A stretch of DNA of 49,778 nt, from contig JBBQIC010000001.1 in the NCBI GenBank assembly GCA_038324555.1, forward strand, positions 1 through 49,778, given 5' to 3'. The notes below the pieces were generated by a model that saw nothing but the letters and a program-made list of their open reading frames with translations, searched no databases and was not told the DNA's origin. The translations under genes and the position numbers were made by a program. Shown piece after piece: positions 24,392 to 33,389 of the stretch (positions are counted from its first letter, which is position 1; each line of letters opens with the position of its first letter). The DNA comes from Chloroflexia bacterium (lineage in GTDB: Bacteria; Chloroflexota; Chloroflexia; QHBQ01; JADMIH01).

Positions 24392-24877
24392 ATGAAGGAC
24401 ATGTTGTTGGCAACAGTAAAAAAACGCTCCTTTGTTGTGCCTTTATCGCTTATTATCGCTTTAGGGATATTGGGACTTTGCGGATGGTTCGTTGTAATTC
24501 AACCCATCGGTAAGACTCTATGCTTGATCCGGCCCGACAGCCTACGCAACCCACCCATACTTCCAAACGCCAAAAATATCCAGTTTGGAAAATCCAGTTT
24601 TACGCCTCAACAGGGCGACGTCGGAAAGCTCGTCCAGTTTGAGACTAGCGACAGCCCTGCCAGTATCTACGACTTCTATCAACAGTCATTAGCCAAAGAC
24701 GGATGGTCAGAAGATAGCGCCCAATATGTAACGACTGGCCCAGGTAGAATAGACGCAAAGTTCGATTGGGCGTGCGGTTTAGAGAGCGAGAATTATTTCT
24801 CCACACTCTGGTTTCATTCAGAAGTCGTTGCTTCAGGCAAGACGGTGGTAACGCTCAACTTCGAGTACGAGCCTTGA
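24392..24877 (+). CDS. Hypothetical membrane-anchored protein
   Basis: 161-aa ORF with one N-terminal TM helix (SFVVPLSLIIALGILGLCGWFVVI). No recognisable motif. Confidence 0.5.
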   Translation: MKDMLLATVKKRSFVVPLSLIIALGILGLCGWFVVIQPIGKTLCLIRPDSLRNPPILPNAKNIQFGKSSFTPQQGDVGKLVQFETSDSPASIYDFYQQSLAKDGWSEDSAQYVTTGPGRIDAKFDWACGLESENYFSTLWFHSEVVASGKTVVTLNFEYEP

Positions 24878-24922
24878 TTGCTTTCGTGTTGTATAGGAAG
24901 TGAATTAATAACGGGATTTACA

Positions 24923-26002
24923 ATGAAAGAGCTTATACAAAAACTTCCAAAGAGCGAATTGCACGTCCATGTTAGGGGCGCGATACCTGTCGAGGTGTTT
25001 GCCGACCTGTTGAATAAATACCCCATCGCCGACGTGTTGAGCAGAGTGTCTCCTGACTACCAGGCAAAACTCGCCGGATATGATAACATTCGCCCGTTCT
25101 TATCCCCATCGCCGCAGCCATGGACCGTCGAAGCCGCCTCTCGAATATTCCAATTCAAGACCTTTGAGCAGTTCCTCGACACCTTCAACTTCACAGGCTT
25201 CTTCTTGCGCGAGGTAGCCGACATGAGAAGGCTGGTCATAGGTGTTGTGGAAAGCCTCAGGTCACAGAACGTGGTCTACGCCGAGATCACGATTTCCATC
25301 AAGGAATACATCAGGCAAAATATCACGTTGGAAGATATTGCAAGCTGCCTGGAAGAAGCCGCCCATGTGCCGGGAATACGGGTACAGTGGATAGTGGACC
25401 TGGTACGCGACTTTGGCAGCGAAGCGGGATTGGCGCTGCTCAAAGACATTATCGCCCTACGGTCGAAGAATATTGTGGGCTTGACGATTGGCGGGGCCGA
25501 ACACCTTTTCCCGCCCGAACAGTTCGTAGAAGTGTATAATACGGCCAGGGATAACGGGCTGCGTCTAACAGTACATGCGGGTGAAGCCCTTGGCCCACAA
25601 AGCGTTTGGGACGCCATACGGCTGCTTGGCGCGGAGAGGATTGGGCACGGTGTGCGAGCGATAGAGGACCCTGCACTGGTGGAATACCTGGTCGAAAAGG
25701 GCAGCCCGCTCGAAGTCTGCCCCACGAGCAATCTTCGCACGGGCATTTATCCGTCCTACGAAGCCCACCCTGTCAAAACACTGTTCGAGGCAGGCGTGCC
25801 AATCACCATCAATTCGGATGATCCCACCTTTTTCGGCACGACATTGGCGGATGAGTTCGCGCACGTCTATAATATGGGTGTGGCTAAAGAAGGCATCCAT
25901 CGTATGCTGCGAAACGGCTTCACCTACGCATTCCTGCCCAGGGGCGACATCGAAGCCTACCTTAGCCAACTTGAACAGGAATGGCGCAGCTTTTCGTCAT
26001 AG
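24923..26002 (+). CDS. add: Adenosine/adenine deaminase family metallohydrolase
   Basis: ATG 24923 (MKELIQKLPKSELHVHVRGAI). HAGE, IGHG and INSDDP motifs. Confidence 0.85.
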   Translation: MKELIQKLPKSELHVHVRGAIPVEVFADLLNKYPIADVLSRVSPDYQAKLAGYDNIRPFLSPSPQPWTVEAASRIFQFKTFEQFLDTFNFTGFFLREVADMRRLVIGVVESLRSQNVVYAEITISIKEYIRQNITLEDIASCLEEAAHVPGIRVQWIVDLVRDFGSEAGLALLKDIIALRSKNIVGLTIGGAEHLFPPEQFVEVYNTARDNGLRLTVHAGEALGPQSVWDAIRLLGAERIGHGVRAIEDPALVEYLVEKGSPLEVCPTSNLRTGIYPSYEAHPVKTLFEAGVPITINSDDPTFFGTTLADEFAHVYNMGVAKEGIHRMLRNGFTYAFLPRGDIEAYLSQLEQEWRSFSS

Positions 26003-26006
26003 GAAA

Positions 26007-26059
26007 AGTATCTCTTTCAACAATTGGCTACTTCGGAGTCAATTGTTGAAAGAGATACT
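26007..26059 (+). terminator. Perfect 20-bp stem hairpin between add and the methyltransferase
   Basis: agtatctctttcaacaattg, a 13-nt loop, then caattgttgaaagagatact. Confidence 0.45.
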
Positions 26060-26068
26060 CAAGTAACC

Positions 26069-26716
26069 ATGTTGCAGGAATACTACAACCGACGTGCGCC
26101 TGAGTACGAGGAGAAGTACTACCGCGACGAGCCTGTACGCCAGGCCGAACAGGCAGCGATGGCCTCAGCCATCAGGGAGGCTTTTGTTGGTCGCCAGGTG
26201 CTTGAAGTTGCGTGCGGTACGGGCTTCTGGACTGAGGTGGTGACTGAGGTTGCCAGGTCTGTAGTTGCTACCGACGCATCCAGCGAAATGCTTGCTATCG
26301 CTCGCATGAAGGGTATCACCCCCGACCGGGTAAAATTCCGTGAGGGCGACGCCTACGCGCTGGAGGGTGTGCCTGGCGAATTCGACGCGGGATTGGCTAA
26401 TTTCTGGTTCTCGCACGTCCAGAAGGTCGAGATAGGGCGATTTCTGGACGGCTTTCATAAGAAGATAGGCGCGGGCGCTGTGGTCTTTATGGCCGACGAT
26501 ATATATTTACCCGGAGTGGGCGGCGAGTTCGTAGAGCCAGCCGGAAGCGAAGATACGTACAAGCGGCGCAAGCTCGCGGACGGCTCGGAGTACGTTATAG
26601 TGAAGAATTACTATGCCAGGGAGACGCTAGATAGCATGTTTGCGCCGTATGCCGGCAATTTACAGATCCATATAGGCGCGTGCTTTTGGTGGGTAAGATA
26701 TTCGGTTGAAGGTTAG
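26069..26716 (+). CDS. Class I SAM-dependent methyltransferase
   Basis: Motif I VLEVACGTGFWTE and acidic loop VATDAS. ATG 26069 is preferred over TTG 26024, which lies inside a 20-bp-stem hairpin. Confidence 0.8.
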   Translation: MLQEYYNRRAPEYEEKYYRDEPVRQAEQAAMASAIREAFVGRQVLEVACGTGFWTEVVTEVARSVVATDASSEMLAIARMKGITPDRVKFREGDAYALEGVPGEFDAGLANFWFSHVQKVEIGRFLDGFHKKIGAGAVVFMADDIYLPGVGGEFVEPAGSEDTYKRRKLADGSEYVIVKNYYARETLDSMFAPYAGNLQIHIGACFWWVRYSVEG

Positions 26717-26781
26717 AAAGTTGGAAGGTTGGAAGGTTGGAAGGTTGGAACAGTCAACCTTCCAACCTTCCAACCTTCAAC
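26705..26781. repeat. ggttggaa-family hairpin (8-nt units)
   Basis: gttgaaggttagaaagttggaaggttggaaggttggaaggttggaa-cagtc-aaccttccaaccttccaaccttcaac. Contains the methyltransferase TAG. Confidence 0.9.
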
Positions 26782-26797
26782 ATGGAGGGGCTGAGAC

Positions 26798-27364
26798 ATG
26801 GCGGTAAACTATTCGTTATTTACGCCGACACACTTACGGTACGAATATTGCCCGATGTGTACAAGCCTGCTTGTGGAAGCGCCGGGGCGCGATGGGCGTC
26901 CCCGTCCCCACTGCCGGGTTTGCCAGTGGACCTATTATCCCACAAACCTCCTTGGAGTGAACGTGGTGATAAACACGCCCGAAGGAGTGGTTTTCCTGAC
27001 ACAACATGAGGGGATCGGCGAGAGTGTGGTCGTCTTGCCGGGAGGAAGTATCGAGTTCGGCGAAGCGCCGGAAGAGGCAGCCGTTCGGCTGGTGAAAGAA
27101 GAGACAGGTCTGGTGGTCCACGTTATGGGAGACCTGGGCAAGCATTTCGACCGCGACTTTCCGCTCGGCCCACTGCTTACGTTCATGTTCGAGGCGCGTG
27201 TAATCGGAGGCAAACTGAAGATGGGCCACGACACCCGCATAGGAATCTTCCCCGAAGGACAGTTCCCGGAGATCTCGCCTGCACGCAAAGGCAGCCAACG
27301 CACGCTCGCCGCCTGGATTGAGGCGAAGAAGTGGGCAAGGGGATTGAGCGAGGAAGTAGGGTGA
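26798..27364 (+). CDS. NUDIX hydrolase with N-terminal zinc ribbon
   Basis: CPMC...CRVC ribbon. Nudix box LPGGSIEFGEAPEEAAVRLVKEETGL. Confidence 0.85.
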   Translation: MAVNYSLFTPTHLRYEYCPMCTSLLVEAPGRDGRPRPHCRVCQWTYYPTNLLGVNVVINTPEGVVFLTQHEGIGESVVVLPGGSIEFGEAPEEAAVRLVKEETGLVVHVMGDLGKHFDRDFPLGPLLTFMFEARVIGGKLKMGHDTRIGIFPEGQFPEISPARKGSQRTLAAWIEAKKWARGLSEEVG

Positions 27365-27434
27365 GGGAATAGGGTGAGGGAATAGGGTGAGGGAATAGTT
27401 TTGTTACTACTCCCTCACCCTATTCCCTCACCCT
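27356..27434. repeat. agggtgagggaat-family hairpin
   Basis: (gtagggtgagggaat) x3, loop ttttgttacta, then ctccctcaccctattccctcaccct. Contains the NUDIX TGA and abuts the next gene's GGAGG. Confidence 0.9.
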
Positions 27435-27446
27435 GGAGGTAACGCA

Positions 27447-27770
27447 ATGGGCAAAGTAATCGCAGAAGTCACGTTTTCGCCGCTTGGCACACCGACGCCT
27501 AGCCTCAGCCAGTATGTAGCTGCGGCGCTGGCGGTGCTGGATGACCACCCCGAAGTGAGCTATCAACTCAATCCTATGGGCACGGTACTTGAAGGGGAGA
27601 GGCGAGATGTGATAAACGTAGTGGAAGCAATGAACGAAGCGGTGTTCGGGGCGGGCGCGCCCAGGGTGGGCACGACGCTCAAAATAGACGAACGCCGGGA
27701 CAAAGAAACGTCAATGGAACACAAGGTCGAAGCAATCAGGGAACGGCTGCAAGACCGGAAGCGGGGATAA
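27447..27770 (+). CDS. MTH1187/YkoF-family (UPF0045) thiamine-binding-like protein
   Basis: VIAEVTFSPLGTPTPSLSQYVAAAL...YQLNPMGTVLEGE...TTLKIDERRDK. GGAGG lies upstream. Its stop abuts the accC ATG. Confidence 0.75.
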   Translation: MGKVIAEVTFSPLGTPTPSLSQYVAAALAVLDDHPEVSYQLNPMGTVLEGERRDVINVVEAMNEAVFGAGAPRVGTTLKIDERRDKETSMEHKVEAIRERLQDRKRG

Positions 27771-29198
27771 ATGTTCAAGAAAGTGCTGATCGCCAACCGG
27801 GGGGAGATAGCCCTTCGCGTAATGCGCGCCTGCCACGAGCTAGGCATAAGAGCAGTGGTGGCTTATTCGGAGGCCGACCGGGATACTCTGCCCGTCAGGT
27901 TGGCCGACGAAGCCATTTGCATAGGTCCGGCGGCTCCCGCCCGTTCGTATCTGCATATCCCAGCCATCATCAGCGCCGCCGAGATGACGGGCTGCGACGC
28001 TCTCCACCCAGGCTACGGCTTCCTCTCAGAGAACCCTTATATATCCGAGATTTGCGACAAAGTCGACCTCGCCTTCATCGGTCCGAGCACGGAGGCGATA
28101 CAGGCGATGGCGAACAAGGTAGAGGCCCGCAAGCTAATGCGAGACGCGGGGCTGCCCATCATACCCGGCACCGAAGAAGCCCTCATCAACGCTGACCAGG
28201 CGCGCACGGTGGCAGAGGAGCTTGGCTATCCGTTGCTGTTGAAAGCGGCGGGCGGCGGGGGTGGACGCGGTATGCGCGTCGTCCAGACGGGAGAGGACCT
28301 CGCTGAGGCTTACACGGTTGCCAGAGGAGAGGCTTCGTTGGCCTTTGGCAATCCGGACGTTTACCTCGAGCGTTATTTATCGCACCCCAGGCATATCGAG
28401 GTTCAGATACTCGCCGACAAGCACGGCAACGTTATCCACCTGGGCACGCGCGATTGCTCCTTGCAGCGTCGCCACCAGAAGATATTGGAAGAAGCCCCCG
28501 CGCCTGGCGTGCCGGAGAGCGCGACCAGGAGTATCTGCGACGCCGCGGTCAAAGGAGCGGCGGCGATAGGCTATAGCACGGTAGGCACTTTCGAGTTCTT
28601 GATGGACGAGTCGGGCCAGTTCTACTTCATAGAGATGAACACCCGCATCCAGGTCGAGCACGGCATAACCGAGATGGTGACGGGCATAGACCTCGTGAAG
28701 TGGCAGATACGGGTGGCGGCGGGCGAAACCCTGACGCTAAAGCAGAAAGACGTAACCATCACGGGACACGCCATCGAGTGCCGTATCAACGCCGAGGACG
28801 TGGCGCGTGGCTTCATGCCCCAGGGCGGGACCATCGAACTATACCTGCCCCCTGGCGGGCCGGGTGTAAGGGTCGATTCCCACATGTATTCGGGCTACGT
28901 CACGCCTTCTAACTACGACTCGCTTCTCGGCAAGCTCATGGCGTGGGGCGGGGACCGCGCCGAGGCTATCAGCAGGATGAAACGCGCCCTGGCCGAGTGC
29001 ATAATCATCGGCCCCTCCACTACGATCCCGTTCCACAGACGAATATTGGAAGACCCACGATTCATAGCAGGCGAAGTAAACACCGCCCTGGTAGAAGAGT
29101 GGCTATCCGAGCAGAGCATAAACGATGGTGATAATTTACCCATTGAGGCGGCTGAATCGGCACAAAAAGTGCATAGGAACGGGAAAGTGACTCAGTAG
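27771..29198 (+). CDS. accC: Acetyl-CoA carboxylase biotin carboxylase subunit
   Basis: MFKKVLIANRGEIALRVMRAC, ATP-grasp GGGGRGMRVV, EMNTRIQVEHGITE. Confidence 0.95.
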   Translation: MFKKVLIANRGEIALRVMRACHELGIRAVVAYSEADRDTLPVRLADEAICIGPAAPARSYLHIPAIISAAEMTGCDALHPGYGFLSENPYISEICDKVDLAFIGPSTEAIQAMANKVEARKLMRDAGLPIIPGTEEALINADQARTVAEELGYPLLLKAAGGGGGRGMRVVQTGEDLAEAYTVARGEASLAFGNPDVYLERYLSHPRHIEVQILADKHGNVIHLGTRDCSLQRRHQKILEEAPAPGVPESATRSICDAAVKGAAAIGYSTVGTFEFLMDESGQFYFIEMNTRIQVEHGITEMVTGIDLVKWQIRVAAGETLTLKQKDVTITGHAIECRINAEDVARGFMPQGGTIELYLPPGGPGVRVDSHMYSGYVTPSNYDSLLGKLMAWGGDRAEAISRMKRALAECIIIGPSTTIPFHRRILEDPRFIAGEVNTALVEEWLSEQSINDGDNLPIEAAESAQKVHRNGKVTQ

Positions 29199-29199
29199 A

Positions 29200-29541
29200 A
29201 TGCAAGAAAACAAACTGGGCACAGTACGCATAGCGCCGAGCGTGCTGGCGATGATCGTCAGCCTGACGGCGCGCAAAATAAGCGGCGTGACGGACATGAG
29301 CGCGGTGTCGCGCCCGCCCGGCAGGGCGCTCCAACGCACCAATATGGGCAACGCGCCCGGAGTTAGCTTGCAAGTGCGTAACGGCTCGGTCTCTACAGAC
29401 GTTTACATCATAGCGGCCCCCGAAAGTAACCTGCGTAAGCTAGGCCAAACAGTCCAACGACGCATCCGAGAGGCCCTGGACCAAATGGTAGGCATACCGA
29501 CTGACCAGGTGAACGTGTATATTGAGGATGTGAGCGAGTGA
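29200..29541 (+). CDS. Asp23/Gls24-family envelope stress protein
   Basis: GTVRIAPSVLAMIVSLTARKISGV. Conserved accC-asp23-nusB order, as in Bacillus yqhY. Confidence 0.85.
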   Translation: MQENKLGTVRIAPSVLAMIVSLTARKISGVTDMSAVSRPPGRALQRTNMGNAPGVSLQVRNGSVSTDVYIIAAPESNLRKLGQTVQRRIREALDQMVGIPTDQVNVYIEDVSE

Positions 29542-29590
29542 AACGTGAAACGTGAAACGTGATGTCGTAATTCACGTTTCACGTTTCACT
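29536..29590. repeat. gtgaaac-family hairpin
   Basis: gagtgaaacgtgaaacgtgaaacgtga-tgtcgtaat-tcacgtttcacgtttcactc. Contains the asp23 TGA. Confidence 0.9.
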
Positions 29591-29600
29591 CATCAGACCC

Positions 29601-30062
29601 ATGGCTACAACAGCACGGCGGCAAGCCCGCACAATTGCGTTACAGACGCTTTATGAAATTGATACGTCCGGGCACTTGCCGGAGGATGTTTTGCAGCGTA
29701 ATATGGAGGAGCCTATTTCGGAGAATACGAATGGCGCTCTTCCGGTGGACGTTCGCGTGCGTGAGTATAGTAGCTCGCTTGTTTTAGGTGTATTGCAGAA
29801 TCGGGATGAACTTGATAGGCTGATCGAAGAATGCACTCCTAGCTGGCCGCTTGATCAGATGTCTAGTATTGACAGAAATATACTGCGACTTGCAATTTTC
29901 GAGGTTCTACTTGATAATAGAGTGCCCCTCAAAGCGGCTATCAACGAAGCGGTGGAGCTGGGTAAACGGTTCGGTAGTGATAACTCCAGCCGTTTCATCA
30001 ACGGGGTGCTCGGCACCGTAGCCGCGAACGAACAGGCGCGAGGGCGCAAACTGCGAAAGTAG
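29601..30062 (+). CDS. nusB: Transcription antitermination factor NusB
   Basis: ARTIALQTLYEIDTS...IDRNILRLAIFEVL...AINEAVELGKRFGSDNSSRFINGVL. Confidence 0.9.
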   Translation: MATTARRQARTIALQTLYEIDTSGHLPEDVLQRNMEEPISENTNGALPVDVRVREYSSSLVLGVLQNRDELDRLIEECTPSWPLDQMSSIDRNILRLAIFEVLLDNRVPLKAAINEAVELGKRFGSDNSSRFINGVLGTVAANEQARGRKLRK

Positions 30063-30107
30063 ACGCTCTGCCGTCTCCGCAATTGCCAGGAGCCTGAGAG
30101 GTGGAAA

Positions 30108-30365
30108 TTGGCGAACATGGCTGCGTTACGCAACGATATATACACGAGAATTCGTCCCTTGCTCGCAGAAAGCCTGGGGGCCGAAGAGGAAGAGATAAAC
30201 TGGGAGACTAACGTCTACGATGACCTCAATGCTGATACAATGGAGTTTCACGATGAAGTGATCTCGCTTCTCGAAGAGACTTTTGAAGTCACCATTAACA
30301 ACGAGGACGTACCGGAACTGACCACCGTGCGCGAACTGGTGGATTATATAGCGGAGAATACGTGA
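30108..30365 (+). CDS. Acyl-carrier-protein-like protein with Ser-to-Thr at the phosphopantetheine site
   Basis: ACP-fold pattern, but the motif is DLNADTMEF instead of DLGADSL. The start is TTG 30108 or ATG 30117. Confidence 0.6.
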   Translation: MANMAALRNDIYTRIRPLLAESLGAEEEEINWETNVYDDLNADTMEFHDEVISLLEETFEVTINNEDVPELTTVRELVDYIAENT

Positions 30366-30368
30366 AAT

Positions 30369-30420
30369 CCAGGGATCGGGGATCAGACCTGACAATGAGA
30401 AACCGATCCCTGATCCCTGA
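30369..30420. repeat. cagggat-family hairpin between the two ACP-like genes
   Basis: ccagggatcggggatcag...ccgatccctgatccctga. Confidence 0.8.
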
Positions 30421-30453
30421 CGGAAGCAACTATTACAGGAGGTTAGCAAAGTT

Positions 30454-30879
30454 ATGGCAGACGCTGTCGAGCACCTTAGAGAGGTAGCAGTCCAGCAGTA
30501 CGGTGCGAACGCTGCGGAAGTAGATAGTATGGACGCTCGCGCCCTTACCAACATGATCATGGGTAAGATCGCCCAGGACAAGTACAAGGTAGAGGCAGCC
30601 GATATAAACGGCAAGGACACGCGCGGCCTGACTCAGGTCTTGCTCACCAACATGGTGGTGGATTTGCTGAAGGTTGACCCAGGCAAGGTTACACCTGAAA
30701 CTTCGTTCTCCGACCTGGGAGCCGACTCGCTCGATATGGTCGAATTGCTGATGAGCATTGAGGACACCTTTGAGCCGTTCGGTGAGATGAAGATTCCCGA
30801 AGAAGAAGCTAACATCGCTACCGTAGGCGAAGCTATTGACCGCATCGATTCCTACGTAGAGAATTACGTCTCCGTATAG
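30454..30879 (+). CDS. Acyl carrier protein domain with ~60-aa N-terminal extension
   Basis: C-terminal [22 protein letters not shown] is a canonical ACP motif. The N-terminal 60 aa are unassigned. Confidence 0.7.
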   Translation: MADAVEHLREVAVQQYGANAAEVDSMDARALTNMIMGKIAQDKYKVEAADINGKDTRGLTQVLLTNMVVDLLKVDPGKVTPETSFSDLGADSLDMVELLMSIEDTFEPFGEMKIPEEEANIATVGEAIDRIDSYVENYVSV

Positions 30880-30884
30880 GACCA

Positions 30885-30962
30885 CCCGGTGGGTGAATAG
30901 GATGAACCCGTAGGGGCACACGGCCGTGTGCCCCTACGGGTTCACCCTATTCACCCACCGGG
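30885..30962. repeat. 78-bp near-perfect palindrome with gtaggggcacacggccgtgtgcccctac core
   Basis: cccggtgggtgaatagg(a)tgaacccgtaggggcacacgg pairs with ccgtgtgcccctacgggttcaccctattcacccaccggg. Lies between convergent genes. The right arm encodes the anti-sigma C-terminus and stop. Confidence 0.9.
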
Positions 30963-32572
30963 CGATTTGCCACCGGAGTAGGCGTGGCATAGGTATCTAC
31001 GAAGCCCGACCAGGTAAAGTCATCATATAGTACGCGGATATAGCGGTCACTGGTCCACAGGGTATTGCCGTGTGCGAAAGGCTGCCACGCCCCTGTTATG
31101 GCGGCCTCCTGGTCTGTTGCCCAACCCAGGCGCTGGCGCAACCCCGGATCAGCGTGCCATACCTTGCCGAAGCCACGCACCGGCTCATAATAGCCTTGGG
31201 GCGGAGTAGAAGGTACAGGAGTAGGATCGCTTTCCCGCCAGGTATCGGTATACGATACCCATGTGCCGCCGTCCGACGCGCCGTTCAGGAAGACCAGGAT
31301 GACGTGCGTGTCTTCTCGCCAGAACATGTAGCCACCCTGGAAGTGCTGCTGTGTCGCCGCCAGTATTGCCGACTCGCTTTCCTCCGGGCAACCTAACCCG
31401 TTCCGCACCACAGGATTGCCGTTCCACAACTTTCCAAAACCGCTCACAGGTGTAGATGAGCACGCAGGAATAGGAGTAGAAGCGCCAGGCGTAGCCGTTG
31501 TGCCAGGCCCAGGCGTCTGCGTACCTTTGTGGCCGGGTGTGGTGGTTGGGTCCTGTCCCGCCTCGTTGGTAGGCGTAGCGGTCGGCGTGGCAGAAGGCTC
31601 AACGGTCCTCGCAGGCGTAGAGGTGCTTGTGCTCGTAGCGCCCGGTATTGACGTACTCGTAACATCAATTATCGCCCTGGTCGGCAACGTAGAAACCGGC
31701 TCAGGCGTATTCGCCGCGTGAATGACCTGCGCGATAGCGGTTGGCTCGGCGGTGTGCGTCGGCTTGACGGTGCTCGTGCTTGTGGGGGTGCTTGTGGGCG
31801 TGGCAGTTAGCGCAGGCAGCGAAAAGGTAAGTGTGATTGGTTCGGGAGCCAGGATGCCACTGACGATGTTAAGGTGTATGTTCGGAGCATCAATATCAAT
31901 TTCGTAGTTAGCCCCTGCAACCCACTTGCCACCTGGTGGGGAAATTGCCAATATTCTAGTAGACAGCGAATACGACTTTACAATGTTGGTGATGGCAGCA
32001 GAAGCGCCCGCTTCTACACGTCGAACGGACGTGTTCTGGCGAGCTTCGTCAGCCTTTACGTCCTTGCTGAACTGAACGCGCACAGGCTCAACATAAGTTG
32101 GCGAGGCATCAAGACGAGCCGCAGCCTGGGTTGATGAGATGTTGCGGGTTATCAATATAGCTGCCACGAACAGAACTAACGCTGCCACTGTCAAGCCCAT
32201 CACAGGTATAGCCCCTCCCCAACCTTTACCAAACTTAGTAGCAAGCGGGTTCGCGGGACGCGACGCAGGTGACTTTGGACTTTGGACTTTGGACCTTGGA
32301 GCTGCAAGAACTGCACGACCCGGCGTCGCTGTGCTCGGACGCGCTTCGATAGCCCGCCAAACGTCGCGCCGCAAACCAGAAGGTGGAATGGGCTCGGCCA
32401 GAGCGCGCATTCCGCTTCCTATAGCCCTGTACTCAGCCAGAGCATGGCTGCAAGCTTCGCACCCCACCAGATGGCTCTCTACCCTGGAGTATTCCTCCGG
32501 CGTAGCTTCACCATCATAGTAAGCTGAGATTAGCGGCCTGATGTCGTTGCAGTTCATTACAAAGTTCCCCAC
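30947..32572 (-). CDS. Anti-sigma factor (zf-HC2) with one TM helix and a large extracytoplasmic domain
   Basis: N-terminal CNDIRPLISAYYDGE...HLVGCEACSHAL, a TM segment, Thr/Pro linkers, and C-terminal G.G..W......LG repeats. Downstream of the ECF sigma gene. Confidence 0.8.
   Translation of the reverse strand: MGNFVMNCNDIRPLISAYYDGEATPEEYSRVESHLVGCEACSHALAEYRAIGSGMRALAEPIPPSGLRRDVWRAIEARPSTATPGRAVLAAPRSKVQSPKSPASRPANPLATKFGKGWGGAIPVMGLTVAALVLFVAAILITRNISSTQAAARLDASPTYVEPVRVQFSKDVKADEARQNTSVRRVEAGASAAITNIVKSYSLSTRILAISPPGGKWVAGANYEIDIDAPNIHLNIVSGILAPEPITLTFSLPALTATPTSTPTSTSTVKPTHTAEPTAIAQVIHAANTPEPVSTLPTRAIIDVTSTSIPGATSTSTSTPARTVEPSATPTATPTNEAGQDPTTTPGHKGTQTPGPGTTATPGASTPIPACSSTPVSGFGKLWNGNPVVRNGLGCPEESESAILAATQQHFQGGYMFWREDTHVILVFLNGASDGGTWVSYTDTWRESDPTPVPSTPPQGYYEPVRGFGKVWHADPGLRQRLGWATDQEAAITGAWQPFAHGNTLWTSDRYIRVLYDDFTWSGFVDTYATPTPVANRPVGE
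32271..32300. repeat. actttgg heptamer tandem, in frame in the anti-sigma gene
   Basis: (actttgg) x4. Encodes KVQSPKSP on the minus strand. Confidence 0.8.
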
Positions 32573-32576
32573 GCTT

Positions 32577-32646
32577 GAATTATGAAGTAAGAATTATGAA
32601 TTATGAGGCTTTTCCTTATTCATAATTCTTACTTCATAATTCTTAC
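32577..32646. repeat. AT-rich hairpin element at the sigma/anti-sigma junction
   Basis: gaattatgaagtaagaattatgaattatgagg-cttttcc-ttattcataattcttacttcataattcttac. Confidence 0.9.
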
Positions 32647-33232
32647 TTTCCGGTGCGTGCCCATACTGCGAGAGATACGCCTGGCGAAACTCTTCGCGGG
32701 CGCGAAACAACAGCGATTTCACAGCGGAGCGAGTCAGCTTCATTACCTCACCAATTTCATCGCAGGACATACCCTGGTACTCTTTCAGCACGAGGGCCGT
32801 CCTGTGCTTTGGCGACAATCTGTTGAGCACCATCTGGACCTCACTGCTTGTCTCGGCCTGATTGTATTCCCCGACCGGATCGTCGCTGGCCGTAGGCTCG
32901 AGCGCCGGGTTTGTATCGAACGTTTCCCACGGAAGCCATCTTATCAGCTTACGCCGCCTGAGTACATCCATGCAGGAGTTCCAGGCGATGCGGTGCAGCC
33001 ACGCGGACAGGTTCATCTCGGTAGGAGAGGTACGTGGCAGGGCCGAATACGCCTTGACGAAGGTATCCTGCGTCAGGTCATAAGCATCTTCGCTGTTACC
33101 CATTAGCTGGTAGATAAAGGCGTATATGCGGCGTTCGTAGCGATTGTAAATCGCCTCGAAGGCAGCAGAGTCGCCCTCACGCGCACGGCTAACCCAGCTT
33201 TTCTCATCATGAGCCACGGCAAAACTACCCAA
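32594..33232 (-). CDS. ECF-type RNA polymerase sigma factor
   Basis: Region 2 IYAFIYQLMGNSEDAYDLTQDTFVKAY. Region 4 LVLKEYQGMSCDEIGEVMKLTRSAVKSLLFRAR. The last ~19 aa and the stop come from a hairpin element. Confidence 0.85.
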   Translation of the reverse strand: MGSFAVAHDEKSWVSRAREGDSAAFEAIYNRYERRIYAFIYQLMGNSEDAYDLTQDTFVKAYSALPRTSPTEMNLSAWLHRIAWNSCMDVLRRRKLIRWLPWETFDTNPALEPTASDDPVGEYNQAETSSEVQMVLNRLSPKHRTALVLKEYQGMSCDEIGEVMKLTRSAVKSLLFRAREEFRQAYLSQYGHAPESKNYEVRIMNKEKPHNS

Positions 33233-33389
33233 TGCGGCCCACCTCCTATAAGTAGAACGGAGGCAAGGCCAGGAGGTTGCAAAAATAGCAGAGTGGATGT
33301 TGGTGGTATCTGGGGTAATTGTACCACACGAGTAGGGTGAGGGAATAGGGTGAGGGTCTATTCAAAGACGAAAATGCAAGCGAAAGACC

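Noticed and set aside
27365-27446. Possible TPP riboswitch upstream of the MTH1187/YkoF-like (thiamine-binding family) gene
   Set aside because: The 82-nt gap is entirely an agggtgagggaat hairpin plus an RBS. I saw no CUGAGA/ACCUGA-type TPP riboswitch core.
27447-27770. Expected accB (biotin carboxyl carrier) upstream of accC
   Set aside because: The upstream ORF has no biotinyl-lysine motif (no E(A/V)MKM) and matches the MTH1187/UPF0045 pattern instead. accB must lie elsewhere.
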